From Limnothrix sp. BL-A-16 (GTDB taxonomy: Bacteria; Cyanobacteriota; Cyanobacteriia; CACIAM-69d), in the NCBI GenBank assembly GCA_041937175.2, contig CP166615.1, positions 1,920,001 to 1,984,000 on the forward strand: a stretch of 64,000 nt of DNA, in the 5' to 3' direction. Shown here one piece after another: positions 28,292 through 39,028 of this stretch. Every line of letters starts with the position of its first letter. Position 1 is the first letter of the stretch. The notes beneath the pieces are model-generated. The model had not been told where the DNA came from. It saw nothing but the letters and a program-made list of their open reading frames with translations, and did not search any database. The position numbers were made by a program, and so were the translations under genes.

Positions 28292-30172
28292 ATGGCGATT
28301 GCGCGGTTGGCCAGTTGGCCCGGACGAGCTTGGCGGTTATGGCAACGAGGCGGCCTGGGGGCGATCGCCCAAAAATTGCGCACCAAACTACGGCGGCGAC
28401 TGTTGGGAGAACGGGCCCAACTGGCCGCTTGGGATCAATATCGCCGGGGTCTGTCGCCCGAGAATCGACGGCGATTTGCCGATCGAGCGGCGGCCCTGGA
28501 AAATCCGCCCCAAATCTCGATCATTATGCCCGTCTACAACACGCCAGAGCGCTGGCTGACGGAGGCGATCGAGTCCGTGCGGGCCCAAATTTATCCCCAT
28601 TGGGAGCTGTGCATTGCCGATGATCGATCGCCCGATCCCCAGGTGAAGGCCACGCTCGATCGACTCGCGGCCGAGGATGCCCGCATCAAAGTAACCTACC
28701 GCGATCGCAATGGGGGAATTTCCGCCGCCTCCAATGCGGCCTTGGCTTTGGCCACCAGCGATTTCGTGGTGCTGATGGATCATGATGATCAACTGCCGGA
28801 ACATGCCCTGCTGCGGGTGGCGGAAACCATCTTGGCCGACGATCCAGACTTGTTTTATTCCGATGAAGTGCTGGTGACTCCCGAAGGCGAGCCGATCGAG
28901 TTTGCCTTTCGGCCGGCCTTTTCACTGGAATTGCTGCGATCGCACCCCTACATCGTGCATTTGGTGGGGTTTCGGCGGTCTCTTGTGCAGGAAATTGGCG
29001 GTTTTCGGGAATTTTTGACCGTTTCCCAGGATTACGACCTAATTTTGCGGGCCTGTGAGCGGGCCAACCGCATTAGCCATATCCCCGAAATTCTTTACCT
29101 GTGGCGACAGCACCTGACCAGCACCGGCAATCAGCGGCGATCGGATGTGTTGGAGATTTCGCGGGCTGTTTTAAGCGAACATTTAGATCGATCGGGCGAT
29201 CCGGGCGAAGTACAAACGGGATTTCGGTTTAATTATTTCCGAATCCGCTATCCCCTCCAGGGCCCGATCCGAATTGCGATCGTGATCCCAACCAAAAATT
29301 GCGGAGAGTTGGTTAAACAATGCATTGATAGCATTGCCAAAACTGTGCATCAGGTCGCCTATGAAATTGTTTTGATCGATCACGATTCCAATGATCCCAA
29401 ATCCATTCGCTATTTTCGATCCCTGAAAGATCAGCACCGTGTTTTAAATTATTCCGGCCCTTTTAATTTTTCAGCGATTAATAATTGGGCCGTTGCCCAG
29501 TTACCACCCGGGCATTTTACCCACTATCTCTTTTGCAATAACGATATTGAGGCGATCGAGGACGGGTGGCTTGAACGAATGGCGGAATTTGCCCAAAAAC
29601 CAGACATTGGCATCGTGGGCGCTAAGTTGCTCTATCCCGATCGCTGCTACATCCAACATGCGGGCGTTTGCGTGGGAATGCATGGGATGGCGGAACATTT
29701 CGGCAAATTCATGCGGGATTCCTTGCCCTCTGGAGAGGCAGAACCGGGCTATATTGGCGCTCTGATTTCCTGCCGCGAAATGTCTTCGGTCACGGCCGCT
29801 TGTTTGCTGATGCGGGCCGATACCTTCGCCAAAGTTGGCGGCTATGACGAGTCTTTAGCCGTTGGTTTTGGGGATGTGGATCTGTGTTTGCGGGCCCGAG
29901 AAGCGGGGTATCGCGCGGTTTTTTGTGCCGATGCCACCTTGGTTCACCACGAATCCTATACCAGGGGCAAAACCTTTGAAGGGGATCCGCACCCGGAAGA
30001 TTCCGCCAAGTTTTTTAAACGCTGGAAATCGATGATTCAAGCAACCGATCCTTACTTCAATCCCAATTTGGATATTACGCGCCAAGATTGGGCCATGAAG
30101 GAGTTGGAAATTCCCGAAAAACCCCGATCGCGCTGTTACGACACCCAAACCCACCAGTTCCGATCGCTCTAG
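28292..30172 (+). CDS. glycosyltransferase with two GT2 domains
   Basis: ISIIMPVYN, CIADD, MDHDD, QDYDL; FNFSAINN, CNNDIE, VTAACLL, HHES. Confidence 0.92.
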   Translation: MAIARLASWPGRAWRLWQRGGLGAIAQKLRTKLRRRLLGERAQLAAWDQYRRGLSPENRRRFADRAAALENPPQISIIMPVYNTPERWLTEAIESVRAQIYPHWELCIADDRSPDPQVKATLDRLAAEDARIKVTYRDRNGGISAASNAALALATSDFVVLMDHDDQLPEHALLRVAETILADDPDLFYSDEVLVTPEGEPIEFAFRPAFSLELLRSHPYIVHLVGFRRSLVQEIGGFREFLTVSQDYDLILRACERANRISHIPEILYLWRQHLTSTGNQRRSDVLEISRAVLSEHLDRSGDPGEVQTGFRFNYFRIRYPLQGPIRIAIVIPTKNCGELVKQCIDSIAKTVHQVAYEIVLIDHDSNDPKSIRYFRSLKDQHRVLNYSGPFNFSAINNWAVAQLPPGHFTHYLFCNNDIEAIEDGWLERMAEFAQKPDIGIVGAKLLYPDRCYIQHAGVCVGMHGMAEHFGKFMRDSLPSGEAEPGYIGALISCREMSSVTAACLLMRADTFAKVGGYDESLAVGFGDVDLCLRAREAGYRAVFCADATLVHHESYTRGKTFEGDPHPEDSAKFFKRWKSMIQATDPYFNPNLDITRQDWAMKELEIPEKPRSRCYDTQTHQFRSL

Positions 30173-30316
30173 TCGCGTGACAGGCTTAAGGTATTGGGTC
30201 AAAGTTGCGGAGCCAGTCGTGGTAACAAGGGGCTTAAGCCCCTTGCTGCTTAGCGATTAGGTGACAGTAACAGTCATGTAATTTCACCAAGCGAATTAAG
30301 GTAGCCGCGCTACTAG
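30169..30316 (+). mobile_element. 148-bp MITE, copy B
   Basis: CTAG ends and TIRs; central perfect palindrome CAAGGGGCTTAAGCCCCTTG at 30226-30245; about 17 mismatches to copy A by hand count. Confidence 0.85.
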
Positions 30317-30531
30317 GATAGCCATGGGGGCGATCGCCGGGGGAATTTCCCTCAATCTGATCCCGATCGGGGTAATTTTGGGCAAGGTGTACCTAGAGAT
30401 CTGCTCAGTCCCCTCGAAGCCCAACCTCAAAGCCCCGGTGGCTGATCAGGATCTGAGACAGGGTTGCAAACAGGCTCCCGATCGTGGCTGTCCTGTGGCA
30501 TTGGTTGTTTTGTGGCATTGGGTAAAAGCGG

Positions 30532-31272
30532 GTGAACGATCGACCCCAAATTACGGTGGTGTTTGCCATCACCGCTGACGGCAAAATCAGCGATGCGCAT
30601 GGGTCGCCGGGACGCTTTGGCAGTCCGGCCGATCGGGCGCATTTGGAAAAACAAGTGGCCCAAGCCGATGCGGTGTTGATGGGAGCCGGAACCCTCCGCT
30701 CGGAAGGATTGGCCATGCCGGTTTTGGATCCAGCCCTCATTCAGGAGCGGATTGACCAGGGCAAACCGCCGCAGCCCACCCAAATTATCTGTTCCGCCTC
30801 CGGGGCGATCGACCCTGGCTATGGCTTCTTTCGCCAGGCCTTGCCCCGATGGCTGTTGACCACAGCAGCCGGATCTCAGCAATGGCTCGATCGCTGGTCT
30901 GCCCAAGGGAAATCTGAGGATCCATCCTCCCATTCAAAAGCAGCCAATGGATTCGATCGAATCTTGCTCGGCCCGTTGGGCGATCGGGATTTTCAATGGC
31001 CCGAAATTCTCGCCCAACTGGCCCAGGAAGGAATCCAACAGCTCGCCGTTTTGGGCGGTGGGAACTTAGTCGGCTCCCTGTTGTCAATCAGAGCGATCGA
31101 TCACCTGTGGCTGACAGTCTGCCCCCTGTTGGTGGGGGGAGCCGCCGCCCCCACGCCCATGGATGGTGTGGGTTTGCCGCTTCACGGGGCCCAATGGCTC
31201 AATTTGGTCAGTGCCGAAGCCCAAGGCCAAGAAGTGTTCCTGCATTACCAGCGGCGCGACACCGAACCTTAG
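30532..31272 (+). CDS. RibD C-terminal (reductase-like) domain protein
   Basis: AITADGKI, ADAVLMGAGT, VLGGG.L, LTVCPLLVGG. Confidence 0.85.
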   Translation: MNDRPQITVVFAITADGKISDAHGSPGRFGSPADRAHLEKQVAQADAVLMGAGTLRSEGLAMPVLDPALIQERIDQGKPPQPTQIICSASGAIDPGYGFFRQALPRWLLTTAAGSQQWLDRWSAQGKSEDPSSHSKAANGFDRILLGPLGDRDFQWPEILAQLAQEGIQQLAVLGGGNLVGSLLSIRAIDHLWLTVCPLLVGGAAAPTPMDGVGLPLHGAQWLNLVSAEAQGQEVFLHYQRRDTEP

Positions 31273-31336
31273 CGCCCGGTGAGTTTCTGCTTCTTGTTCT
31301 GCTGTTTGTTGCCCTTCCCCAAACCCGAGGTTTCCT

Positions 31337-32062
31337 ATGATTGCCTCTCGCCGTTTCCCCCGTCCCGATCGCTTATTGCAATTCCTGAGTCAATCTCGGA
31401 GCCAATCTCGGAGCCAATCTCGGAGCCAAACAATCCAGTGGCTGTTGACCCAAACCCTGCGCCATCGCCAGGCAACCCCGCAACCAACCGCGCGATCGGG
31501 CTTTACCTTGCTGGAACTGTTGGTGGTGCTGTTGATGGTGACCATTCTGATGGCCATCAGTGCGCCCGTTTGGCTGTCAATGGTGGATGGCCAACGGCTC
31601 GGAGCCGCCCAAGACGATGCGTTTCGGGCCCTGCGATCGGCCCAATCCAAAGCCAGGCAGCAACGACGACCCTGGGAAGCCTGTTTTCGCACCAACCCAG
31701 AAGACAAGCGTGCCATTCAATATTCAGTGCATCCCGCCGTGGGCGCAAAATGCAGCAAAGCCGTTTGGCGGCCCCTAGGAGCTGAAGCATCGACCTATGC
31801 CGCGATCGACGGCGGGAAATCAGACTTCACTCGCGACGGCGGGAGTTATGTGGTGCAGTTTAATGGTCGCGGCTGGCTAGCTTCTTCCCAGGACGGCACT
31901 GAGTTTAGTAGCAATGACAACGCCGGAAAGCGGATCACCTTCCAAATGGCAGGCCGCCCTGATTTGACCGATCGAAGCTGTGTTTATGTGGAAACCTTGT
32001 TGGGTTCCCTGCGAGCCGGGCGCAACGATCGTTGTGTCTCACCACCGCCAGCAACACCCTAG
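31337..32062 (+). CDS. type IV minor pilin / FimT-like prepilin
   Basis: G|FTLLELLVVLLMVTIL class III signal; C-terminal Cys pair. Confidence 0.85.
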   Translation: MIASRRFPRPDRLLQFLSQSRSQSRSQSRSQTIQWLLTQTLRHRQATPQPTARSGFTLLELLVVLLMVTILMAISAPVWLSMVDGQRLGAAQDDAFRALRSAQSKARQQRRPWEACFRTNPEDKRAIQYSVHPAVGAKCSKAVWRPLGAEASTYAAIDGGKSDFTRDGGSYVVQFNGRGWLASSQDGTEFSSNDNAGKRITFQMAGRPDLTDRSCVYVETLLGSLRAGRNDRCVSPPPATP

Positions 32063-32082
32063 GAATGCTTCAACCTTCGCCG

Positions 32083-32559
32083 TTACTCCACCACATCACG
32101 GGCATATTCTTCATTCACAGCCTGGCGGGGAATGGTGCAAAAACGCTTGACTGTCAGGGCAATTGTCTTTTTAGGAACGCCGCCTTTGAGATAAATGTCA
32201 TATTCCATGGCCAAGGTTTTTTCGGAAGCAATATAGGCCTTGACCATAATATATTCACTGTTAATGGCGTTCACGCACTCCAAACATTGGGCGCGGGTGG
32301 CCGTTTCCGCAATGCCAAAAAGAGTCAGCAATCGCACTCGATCTTTGTTCTCGCTCAGGAAAACATAACACTTGATTTCTTCCTGAATCAGAATGTCGCC
32401 ATCGTCATCGATCGAAACATCCATCAGCGCTTCATCAAAGATGGATTGCAACAGAGCTTTTGAAGCATTACTGGGTGTGACTAGCTCTTCGTTCATGATT
32501 TTGGACTGCGATGAATGGATGTGATGATTGTTGTTGGCCGAGTGGTGGTTAAAAGTCAT
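32083..32559 (-). CDS. YbjN-like domain protein
   Basis: IDDDGDI..., N.IN.EY...KAY pattern; start may be 32496. Confidence 0.6.
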   Translation of the reverse strand: MTFNHHSANNNHHIHSSQSKIMNEELVTPSNASKALLQSIFDEALMDVSIDDDGDILIQEEIKCYVFLSENKDRVRLLTLFGIAETATRAQCLECVNAINSEYIMVKAYIASEKTLAMEYDIYLKGGVPKKTIALTVKRFCTIPRQAVNEEYARDVVE

Positions 32560-32690
32560 TCAGCAAGATCAATTCAGAAGGATTAATTGAGGACTGTGGC
32601 CAACAGGATGTTGAGTCCGTTCTTGTTTCGGCCTAATCTTAACAAGCGAAAGTGGGGACTGATGGTGTTGTGGTGGCGGGCAGATCGGCA

Positions 32691-33881
32691 ATGCGGTTTT
32701 TAGTGGAAGGTTGGCTGTCGGCTCCCCACTCCTACACAACGGTGAATCAGTTCCAATGCTTGGCGCTGCTGGGGCGATCGGGGCTGCAACTGTTTCATCG
32801 CGAGCAACCGTTGGCCCATGGCTGGCAGCCGATCGCGGGGCAATTGGATCCGGAGCGATCGCGCCGCTTGGCCCAAATTCCAGCCCCCGATGGCGAACCG
32901 GTGGATGGCCTGTTGCGGATCGATTCGCCCTATCGATTGGAGCCTGACCCGATCGCCCGTCGATCATTGGTATTTGCCACGGCGGAATTTGGCAAACTGC
33001 ACCATGAATATTGGCAATGGATGGGGTGCGCCCAAAAAACGAGCAAGTGGGCGGCGGCCGGGGGCGATCGGGGAGCCGTGGTGCTCACCCCTTCAGCCTG
33101 GTCGCGGCAAGGGCTAATCCACAGCGGCGCAGCGCCCGATCAAGTCGTGGTGTTGCCCCATGGGGTGGATCCCCAGATTTATCATCCCTTGGCAGCAGCC
33201 GATCGCTCGGCCCTGCGGCGGGCCTGGGGCTGGGAGGGTTGCCAAGTCCTGCTGAACGTGGGGGGCACGATTCCCCGCAAGGGTGGCGATTTGTTAATTT
33301 TGGCATTGGGGGCAGTGATGGAGCGATCGCCCCAATTGCGTTGGGTTTTGAAGGCCAATGACGCAGTTTATGGGCGCGATCGGGGGCGGGCCGCCTGGGT
33401 GAATCAGGTGCGATCGCTGTTGCCATCCGATCGGGCCCAACGGTTGCTCGATCGAACGATTTACCTCAACAAATTTTTGTCCTACCAAGACATGGCCAAG
33501 CTTTATCAAGCGGCCGATGGCTATGTGTCGCCCTACCGCGCGGAGGGATTTAACCTGCCTGTGTTGGAAGCGATCAGCTGTGGGTTACCGGTCATTTGCA
33601 CCCAAGGTGGGCCCACCGATGAATTTACCGACCCTGCCTTTACTCTCCCGATCGCCAGTCAACTGATTGAGCAACCTGTTCAATACCCGGATGGCGTTTC
33701 CGAAACCGTTTGGATGTGGGAGCCGGATTGCGATGCCTTGATCCATTGCCTAGAAACCTGGCTCGATCGCCCCCAATGGCAAACGGCGGCCCGGGCGGCC
33801 GGCCCCGCTTGGGTGCAAAGCCGGTTCACCTGGGACCACGCCGTGGACAAACTCCTGAGCCTGCTGATCCAGCAACCCTAG
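32691..33881 (+). CDS. GT4 glycosyltransferase
   Basis: HGVD, RKG.D.L, PYRAEGFNLPVLEA..CGLPVI. Confidence 0.9.
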   Translation: MRFLVEGWLSAPHSYTTVNQFQCLALLGRSGLQLFHREQPLAHGWQPIAGQLDPERSRRLAQIPAPDGEPVDGLLRIDSPYRLEPDPIARRSLVFATAEFGKLHHEYWQWMGCAQKTSKWAAAGGDRGAVVLTPSAWSRQGLIHSGAAPDQVVVLPHGVDPQIYHPLAAADRSALRRAWGWEGCQVLLNVGGTIPRKGGDLLILALGAVMERSPQLRWVLKANDAVYGRDRGRAAWVNQVRSLLPSDRAQRLLDRTIYLNKFLSYQDMAKLYQAADGYVSPYRAEGFNLPVLEAISCGLPVICTQGGPTDEFTDPAFTLPIASQLIEQPVQYPDGVSETVWMWEPDCDALIHCLETWLDRPQWQTAARAAGPAWVQSRFTWDHAVDKLLSLLIQQP

Positions 33882-34810
33882 TGCGCCCGAGCCACCAAAG
33901 CCCGGTGACGCACCGTGGTTTCTTGGATGGTGACCAGCTCAAAGCCCGCTTGCTCGATCGCCTCGCCCAAGTCCAGCGCAAAGTACTGATCCAAAAACGG
34001 CTCCGTACTCTTGAGCAGGGTCAGGATATAGGGCGGCATTTGGGCATAAATCTGGGATTTGGGGTTCATGTCCATAATGCCCAGATAGCCACCGGGTTTC
34101 AGCAACCGCCGGGCCTCTTGCAAAATCGCGATCGCCGCCGTCTGGGGCAGCTCATGGTATAGCAGGCAAGCCGAAACTAAGTCATAGCTCGCGGCCGGTA
34201 AGCCGGTGTTTTCCGCTGCCGCATGAACCCAATGGGGCTGGGCCCGATCGGGATTCATAGGGGAATGGTGCGTATTGTAGGCGGCCACCGCCAGGAAATT
34301 CGGCGACAGATCTACCCCCGTTAGCTGGGCTTGGGGATAAATTCGCTGCAAGGCAAAGGTGCTCATCCCCACGCTGCATCCCAAGTCCACAATCTCCCGA
34401 GGCTCGATCGCCACCGTGGCTTGCAGCACGTCATGGTAAGCGGCCCGCAATTTTGCGTCCCCTTCCGGGGTTTTTTCGCCAAAAATGGTGGAATGCACCG
34501 AATAGGCCGCCACTTCCACCTCGCTGGCCGGCTCCCAACCCAAATTCCCGTCGGGATAGGCATGGAAGGGATTGAGGTAATAGGCCGGGTAGGTCAGGTT
34601 GGGGTTGCTGACCTGGGCCAGTTCCGCCGACCAATCCCGACTTTGCAATTCAGCGGCCGTCTTGCGCCAGGGAATGCCCATGCTTTCAGCCCGCTCAATC
34701 ATCATCTTGCGGGCGCGGCTACGGGCAAAGTTAGCCAGGGGTTTGATGGACAGCAGCCCATTCACCAAACGCGAGGCGGGGCCGGGTTTCACAAAGGCAG
34801 TGGCGGTCAT
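33878..34810 (-). CDS. class I SAM-dependent methyltransferase
   Basis: FHAYPDGNL, VDLGCSVG, GVDLS, YHELP. Confidence 0.88.
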   Translation of the reverse strand: MTATAFVKPGPASRLVNGLLSIKPLANFARSRARKMMIERAESMGIPWRKTAAELQSRDWSAELAQVSNPNLTYPAYYLNPFHAYPDGNLGWEPASEVEVAAYSVHSTIFGEKTPEGDAKLRAAYHDVLQATVAIEPREIVDLGCSVGMSTFALQRIYPQAQLTGVDLSPNFLAVAAYNTHHSPMNPDRAQPHWVHAAAENTGLPAASYDLVSACLLYHELPQTAAIAILQEARRLLKPGGYLGIMDMNPKSQIYAQMPPYILTLLKSTEPFLDQYFALDLGEAIEQAGFELVTIQETTVRHRALVARAH

Positions 34811-35015
34811 GGAAAGGTCAGGCAAAGTTGTTTGGGTTAAAGCTTTTTTGAGTTGAAGCTTTGGGATGAGATCTTGAGGGTGGAATTTTTGGGGCTAATT
34901 AAGTTTTTGCAAGTTTTTTGAATTTTGAAGATTGGGTTTTGAAGGTTGGGTGAGTTTTGAGGCTCGGAAGGTTGAGGGTTGAACTTGGATTTTCTGGATA
35001 TTGTATCAGTCTTCA

Positions 35016-35142
35016 GAGAATGTCTGAAAAGCCCAAATTGCTACTTTGTGCGCCCCAGCGATCAGGGTAAACAAGGGGCTTAAGACCCTTCCACGACTAT
35101 TGGTGCTTGGCCCATGCCAAAAGATACTTTTCAAACATCTTC
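35016..35142. mobile_element. 127-bp MITE with different (IS5-like) TIRs, carrying the same palindrome
   Basis: GAGAATGTCTGAAAAG (35016-35031) and CTTTTCAAACATCTTC (35127-35142) form an imperfect inverted repeat; internal CAAGGGGCTTAAGACCCTT from 35072. Confidence 0.6.
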
Positions 35143-35293
35143 TAACGGTTGTGGTAACGGTTGCGGTTCGATCGCCCCCACCAAGGCAACTGAATCGCAC
35201 AGATCGATCGCGCAGTTGGTCGCTTCCCAAGCCGTGAGCTATGATGCTGCCTGAATTTGCGAAAATCGCCGCCCTGGGACGAAACCCTGAACC

Positions 35294-35497
35294 TTGATGC
35301 AATCGCCCAACCCAGAAACCTTGAGCATGGTGCTGAAAGTCGCGGTCTTGTCCGTGGTGCTGTCGGTGGCCATCAAGCTAACAGCCTATGGGTCGATCGG
35401 CACGCCGCCAGATTGGGTGGCTTGGGTCATGATCCTGTTGCCATCACTGATTTTGGCGGGTTGGATGTGGCAGCAAAGCAAACCCGATCGCCCATAA
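35294..35497 (+). CDS. small two-TM hypothetical protein
   Basis: KV..LS..LS.AIK...ILLP pattern with two hydrophobic helices. Confidence 0.6.
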   Translation: MMQSPNPETLSMVLKVAVLSVVLSVAIKLTAYGSIGTPPDWVAWVMILLPSLILAGWMWQQSKPDRP

Positions 35498-35620
35498 GTC
35501 ATCCGTCAATCACCCCAAGATCCGTAGATCACCCCAACATCTGCCCCGCACATCACCCCGCCAATCGCCCAGACAGTTGCACAGGAAATTGCACAAGAAA
35601 TCGCACAGGACGCTCGGTTC

Positions 35621-36793
35621 ATGACCCTCGGACGCTGGTTAGGCTTACTGGTTTTTATTGCGGCCCTGTATGTGCTGTGGGCTGTGCGGCAGTTGGTGCT
35701 GATGATTTTTGGCGCGATCGCCATTGCCGTTGCGATCGACCGATTGGCCCGCGCCCTGCTTACCTTCCAGTTTCGGGGGCGCAACCTGCTCCAGGATCGA
35801 ACAAAGGCAATTTTTGGGGCGATCGGGCTGTTGGTGGCTTTTTTCTTAGGGGCCATGTTGTTGGTTGTGCCCCCCTTTGCGGCTCAATTTCGGGAGCTGA
35901 CCGAGTTGGTTCCCGTGGCGCTCGATCGCCTCGATACCTGGTTCAGCAACTTTTCCCAACAGCCCTTGGGCCAGTGGTTACAAACGGTTCTCCCCAACCC
36001 CGACTTCCGCAGTTTGCTCACCCAGGCCCAACCAGCCATTAATCCGCTCTTTCGAGGCGGGTTTGCCCTGTTTGCCAGCACCCTGGGTGGGTTCTTCAAC
36101 CTGCTGTTGGTGACCATTTTGGCCCTGATGATGCTGTTCGATCCATTGCCCTATCGCAATGCCTTCGTGCAGCTCTTTCCCTCCTTCTATCGGCGGCGGG
36201 TAATCACCATTCTCGATCGCTGCCGCAATTCTCTTGATGCTTGGCTGCTGGGCATTTTGCTGAACATGTCGATCATTGGTGTCCTCAGCGGCACGGGATT
36301 GGCCTTGATGGGGGTGAAGCTGGCCCTGGCCCACGGGGTTTTGGCGGGTTTGCTGACGTTCATTCCCAATGTGGGGCCGGTGTTGAGTGTGTTGCCGCCG
36401 ATGCTGGTGGCACTGTTAGATGATCCGCTCAAATCCTTGCTGGTGCTGGGTTGGTACGTGATTGTGCAGCAGTTGGAAACCAATTTGCTCACGCCGATGG
36501 TGATGTCCAAGCAGGTGTCCCTGCTACCGGCCGTGACGCTGATTGCCCAAATCTTTTTTGCGACCTTTTTTGGGTTCACGGGGCTGGTGTTGGCGTTGCC
36601 GCTGACCGTGGTGGCTCAAGTTTGGTTCCAGGCAGTGTTGGTTGAGGATGTGCTGGATCACTGGGATCAGGGGCCGCGCTGGCTGCGATCGAGCCGAGAA
36701 GGGGCGATCGATTCCGATTCTGAACAGGCGTTACCGGCGGCCGTGGCCGTGGGTGGCGATGATTCTCAAGTTCCTGAGCCATCAGACTCCTGA
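35621..36793 (+). CDS. AI-2E family transporter
   Basis: LAGLLTFIPNVGP, VQQLETNLLTP, G..GLVLALPL. Confidence 0.9.
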   Translation: MTLGRWLGLLVFIAALYVLWAVRQLVLMIFGAIAIAVAIDRLARALLTFQFRGRNLLQDRTKAIFGAIGLLVAFFLGAMLLVVPPFAAQFRELTELVPVALDRLDTWFSNFSQQPLGQWLQTVLPNPDFRSLLTQAQPAINPLFRGGFALFASTLGGFFNLLLVTILALMMLFDPLPYRNAFVQLFPSFYRRRVITILDRCRNSLDAWLLGILLNMSIIGVLSGTGLALMGVKLALAHGVLAGLLTFIPNVGPVLSVLPPMLVALLDDPLKSLLVLGWYVIVQQLETNLLTPMVMSKQVSLLPAVTLIAQIFFATFFGFTGLVLALPLTVVAQVWFQAVLVEDVLDHWDQGPRWLRSSREGAIDSDSEQALPAAVAVGGDDSQVPEPSDS

Positions 36794-36970
36794 GCTACAG
36801 GATTGGCGATCGCGACCCGTGTAGCACGTTGGATTGTTGAGTTGAATGTTTGATCAAAACAGCCCAACATCCCCCAACGCCGCGAAACCCAGATCGCGCG
36901 ATGACAGCCACCCGGCTAAAATGACAACAACTCACCACTTGCTCATGGTTGGGGCAAGTGCTTGCGCTAC

Positions 36971-38056
36971 ATGGCCTTTAGCGACAGTCGGCGCTACTAT
37001 CAAATTTTGGAACTGGAACCTGGCGCTTCAGCCGAGGAAGTGAACCAGGCTTACAAAGACCTGGCTTTCGTTTGGCATCCCGATCGGATCCCAGACGACA
37101 ATCCCCGTTTGAAAGCCAAGGCCCAAGAAAAACTGAAGCAGCTCAATGAAGCCCGGGGCTTCTTTCGGGCCCATTTTCGGCAGCGGCCCAGCAGCGGGGC
37201 CCCAGCAGAACGCACCGTCGCCCAACCCCATGGGCGATCGACAGCGCATCACCACAAAAACCCATACCATGCCGGTGTGCATCATCACGGCGCTAGCCAT
37301 AGTGCCAGCAATGGCGCTAATCACAGCACAAGCCATGGCACAAACCACAGTACGAGCCAGGGCGGCTCGGCCCAAGGTTTTGGGGCCAATGGGCAATCAA
37401 CCCCCAAAGCAGGAACCTACGGAGCCAGTGCCAATGGCTCCAGTGGATCCAGCACCTACGGATACAGCACCCAGGGTGCATCAACGGGGGCGGTTCACGG
37501 CCCAGGCATCTATCCCGAACCAGAGCCGTTCGCTTGGAAAACACCCCGTCGATCGCCCTTCAGTAGCCATCCCCCCGGTGACCCCACGGCGGAAACGACC
37601 GCCAATCGATCGCCCGAACCACCACCCCGACGACCCCGCCCCCCGATTGTGCCGCCCCAATGGCAAGATCAACCGCCGCCTCGGCCCGCTGCCGACTTGA
37701 GCGGAGTCAAAATGCGCGGAGCCAACCTGCGGGAACGGGATTTTGCGAGCCGAAACCTCAGCGGGGCTGACCTAGCGGGAGCTGATTTGACGGATGCATT
37801 TATGCACCGCGTGAACCTGAGCGGGGCCAACCTGAGCGGGGCCCGGCTGTTTCGGGCCAACCTGCTGCAAGCGAACCTGAGCGGGGCCGACCTGAGCGGT
37901 ACGGACTTGATCGGGGCTGACCTGAGTGGGGCTGACCTCCGGGGAGCCAATTTGACCAATGCCAAAATGACCGTCGGTGGGCGGCTGATGGTGCGGTTAA
38001 CGGGGGCCAAGCTGGATGGGGCGATCGTCCCGGCGGATCTGAGGCGATCGCCCTAG
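36971..38056 (+). CDS. J-domain plus pentapeptide-repeat protein
   Basis: HPD motif in the N-terminal J domain; A(D/N)LSG repeats at the C-terminus. Confidence 0.9.
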   Translation: MAFSDSRRYYQILELEPGASAEEVNQAYKDLAFVWHPDRIPDDNPRLKAKAQEKLKQLNEARGFFRAHFRQRPSSGAPAERTVAQPHGRSTAHHHKNPYHAGVHHHGASHSASNGANHSTSHGTNHSTSQGGSAQGFGANGQSTPKAGTYGASANGSSGSSTYGYSTQGASTGAVHGPGIYPEPEPFAWKTPRRSPFSSHPPGDPTAETTANRSPEPPPRRPRPPIVPPQWQDQPPPRPAADLSGVKMRGANLRERDFASRNLSGADLAGADLTDAFMHRVNLSGANLSGARLFRANLLQANLSGADLSGTDLIGADLSGADLRGANLTNAKMTVGGRLMVRLTGAKLDGAIVPADLRRSP

Positions 38057-38093
38057 CAATGGGTCAGGATTGCCCCCAGTCCTGGAATTGCAC

Positions 38094-38714
38094 CTAAGCT
38101 TCCCAATCAGGACAAGCACCCTCCGTCCAACCAAAGGGATACATCCCGCAGATCAGCAGCGTGCCATTGTAGACCCGGCCATGGTAGTGGCGACAGCCCA
38201 CACAGGCGGCATGGCGGTCAACCGGCGGCACTTTGGGGTTGAGCTGGTCGTAAAGCGCATCGTATTGGTTCAGGGTCGGCGGGGCCAAAGTTGCCCGATC
38301 GCCCTCCGATTCCGGTTCTTCGGGGGTGAAAGGATTGACCGGAAAACCGGTTTCCGCCCAGTCTGCCCACAGGGGCGCTAACCAATCGTTCACCTCAGCG
38401 GCCCACTGTTCGATCGCCCCGTCCACCTCCTGGCACAGTCGATCGACCTCAATTCCCCACTGTTCAGCCAAATGGGTTTCCACTTGCTCCTGTAGGTTAA
38501 GGGCCGTTTGCTCCAGTTCCCGGGCCGAATCCGTTAGCCATTGATCCACCTGGGTCACGGTTGATTCCACCGATTCGGCCATGGTGGCGATCACTGCATC
38601 CATCGTGGCTTCCACTTCCCGGGCGATCGGCTCCCAATCCCGAGTAATGGGGGTCAACCACTGTTCAAGATTCTTAGCCCAGTTCCCGGCCCAATCATCT
38701 CTCCAATCGTCCAT
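38094..38714 (-). CDS. conserved hypothetical protein with C-terminal Cys/His cluster
   Basis: CVGCRHYHG...LICGMYPFG...CPDW. Confidence 0.75.
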   Translation of the reverse strand: MDDWRDDWAGNWAKNLEQWLTPITRDWEPIAREVEATMDAVIATMAESVESTVTQVDQWLTDSARELEQTALNLQEQVETHLAEQWGIEVDRLCQEVDGAIEQWAAEVNDWLAPLWADWAETGFPVNPFTPEEPESEGDRATLAPPTLNQYDALYDQLNPKVPPVDRHAACVGCRHYHGRVYNGTLLICGMYPFGWTEGACPDWEA

Positions 38715-39028
38715 TCATATCTCCGCGTTTCCGCTTGGGGCCCCCATGTCACCAACCGCTGCCACCTCGGTGATGCGATCGAGTGGCCAGCTTGAGGGGC
38801 TGTTCCCAGCTTAAGAGCTGGATCCCGATCGCTGCCAAGGGGATCCCTCTAAATTCTTGGGGGTAATTCTTGGGGGCAATTCCTGGAGACGGTCGGTTAT
38901 CTCCTCAAAGCCGAACCGGATCCCGATCGCCCCGCCACGGGTGTTTGCGCCTATGATGCCTACTATGATGTGCGTTGCACTTTTGCGCTGCTGCCTTTGA
39001 AGGCGCGATTTTTTTCCGGTACTTGCCC

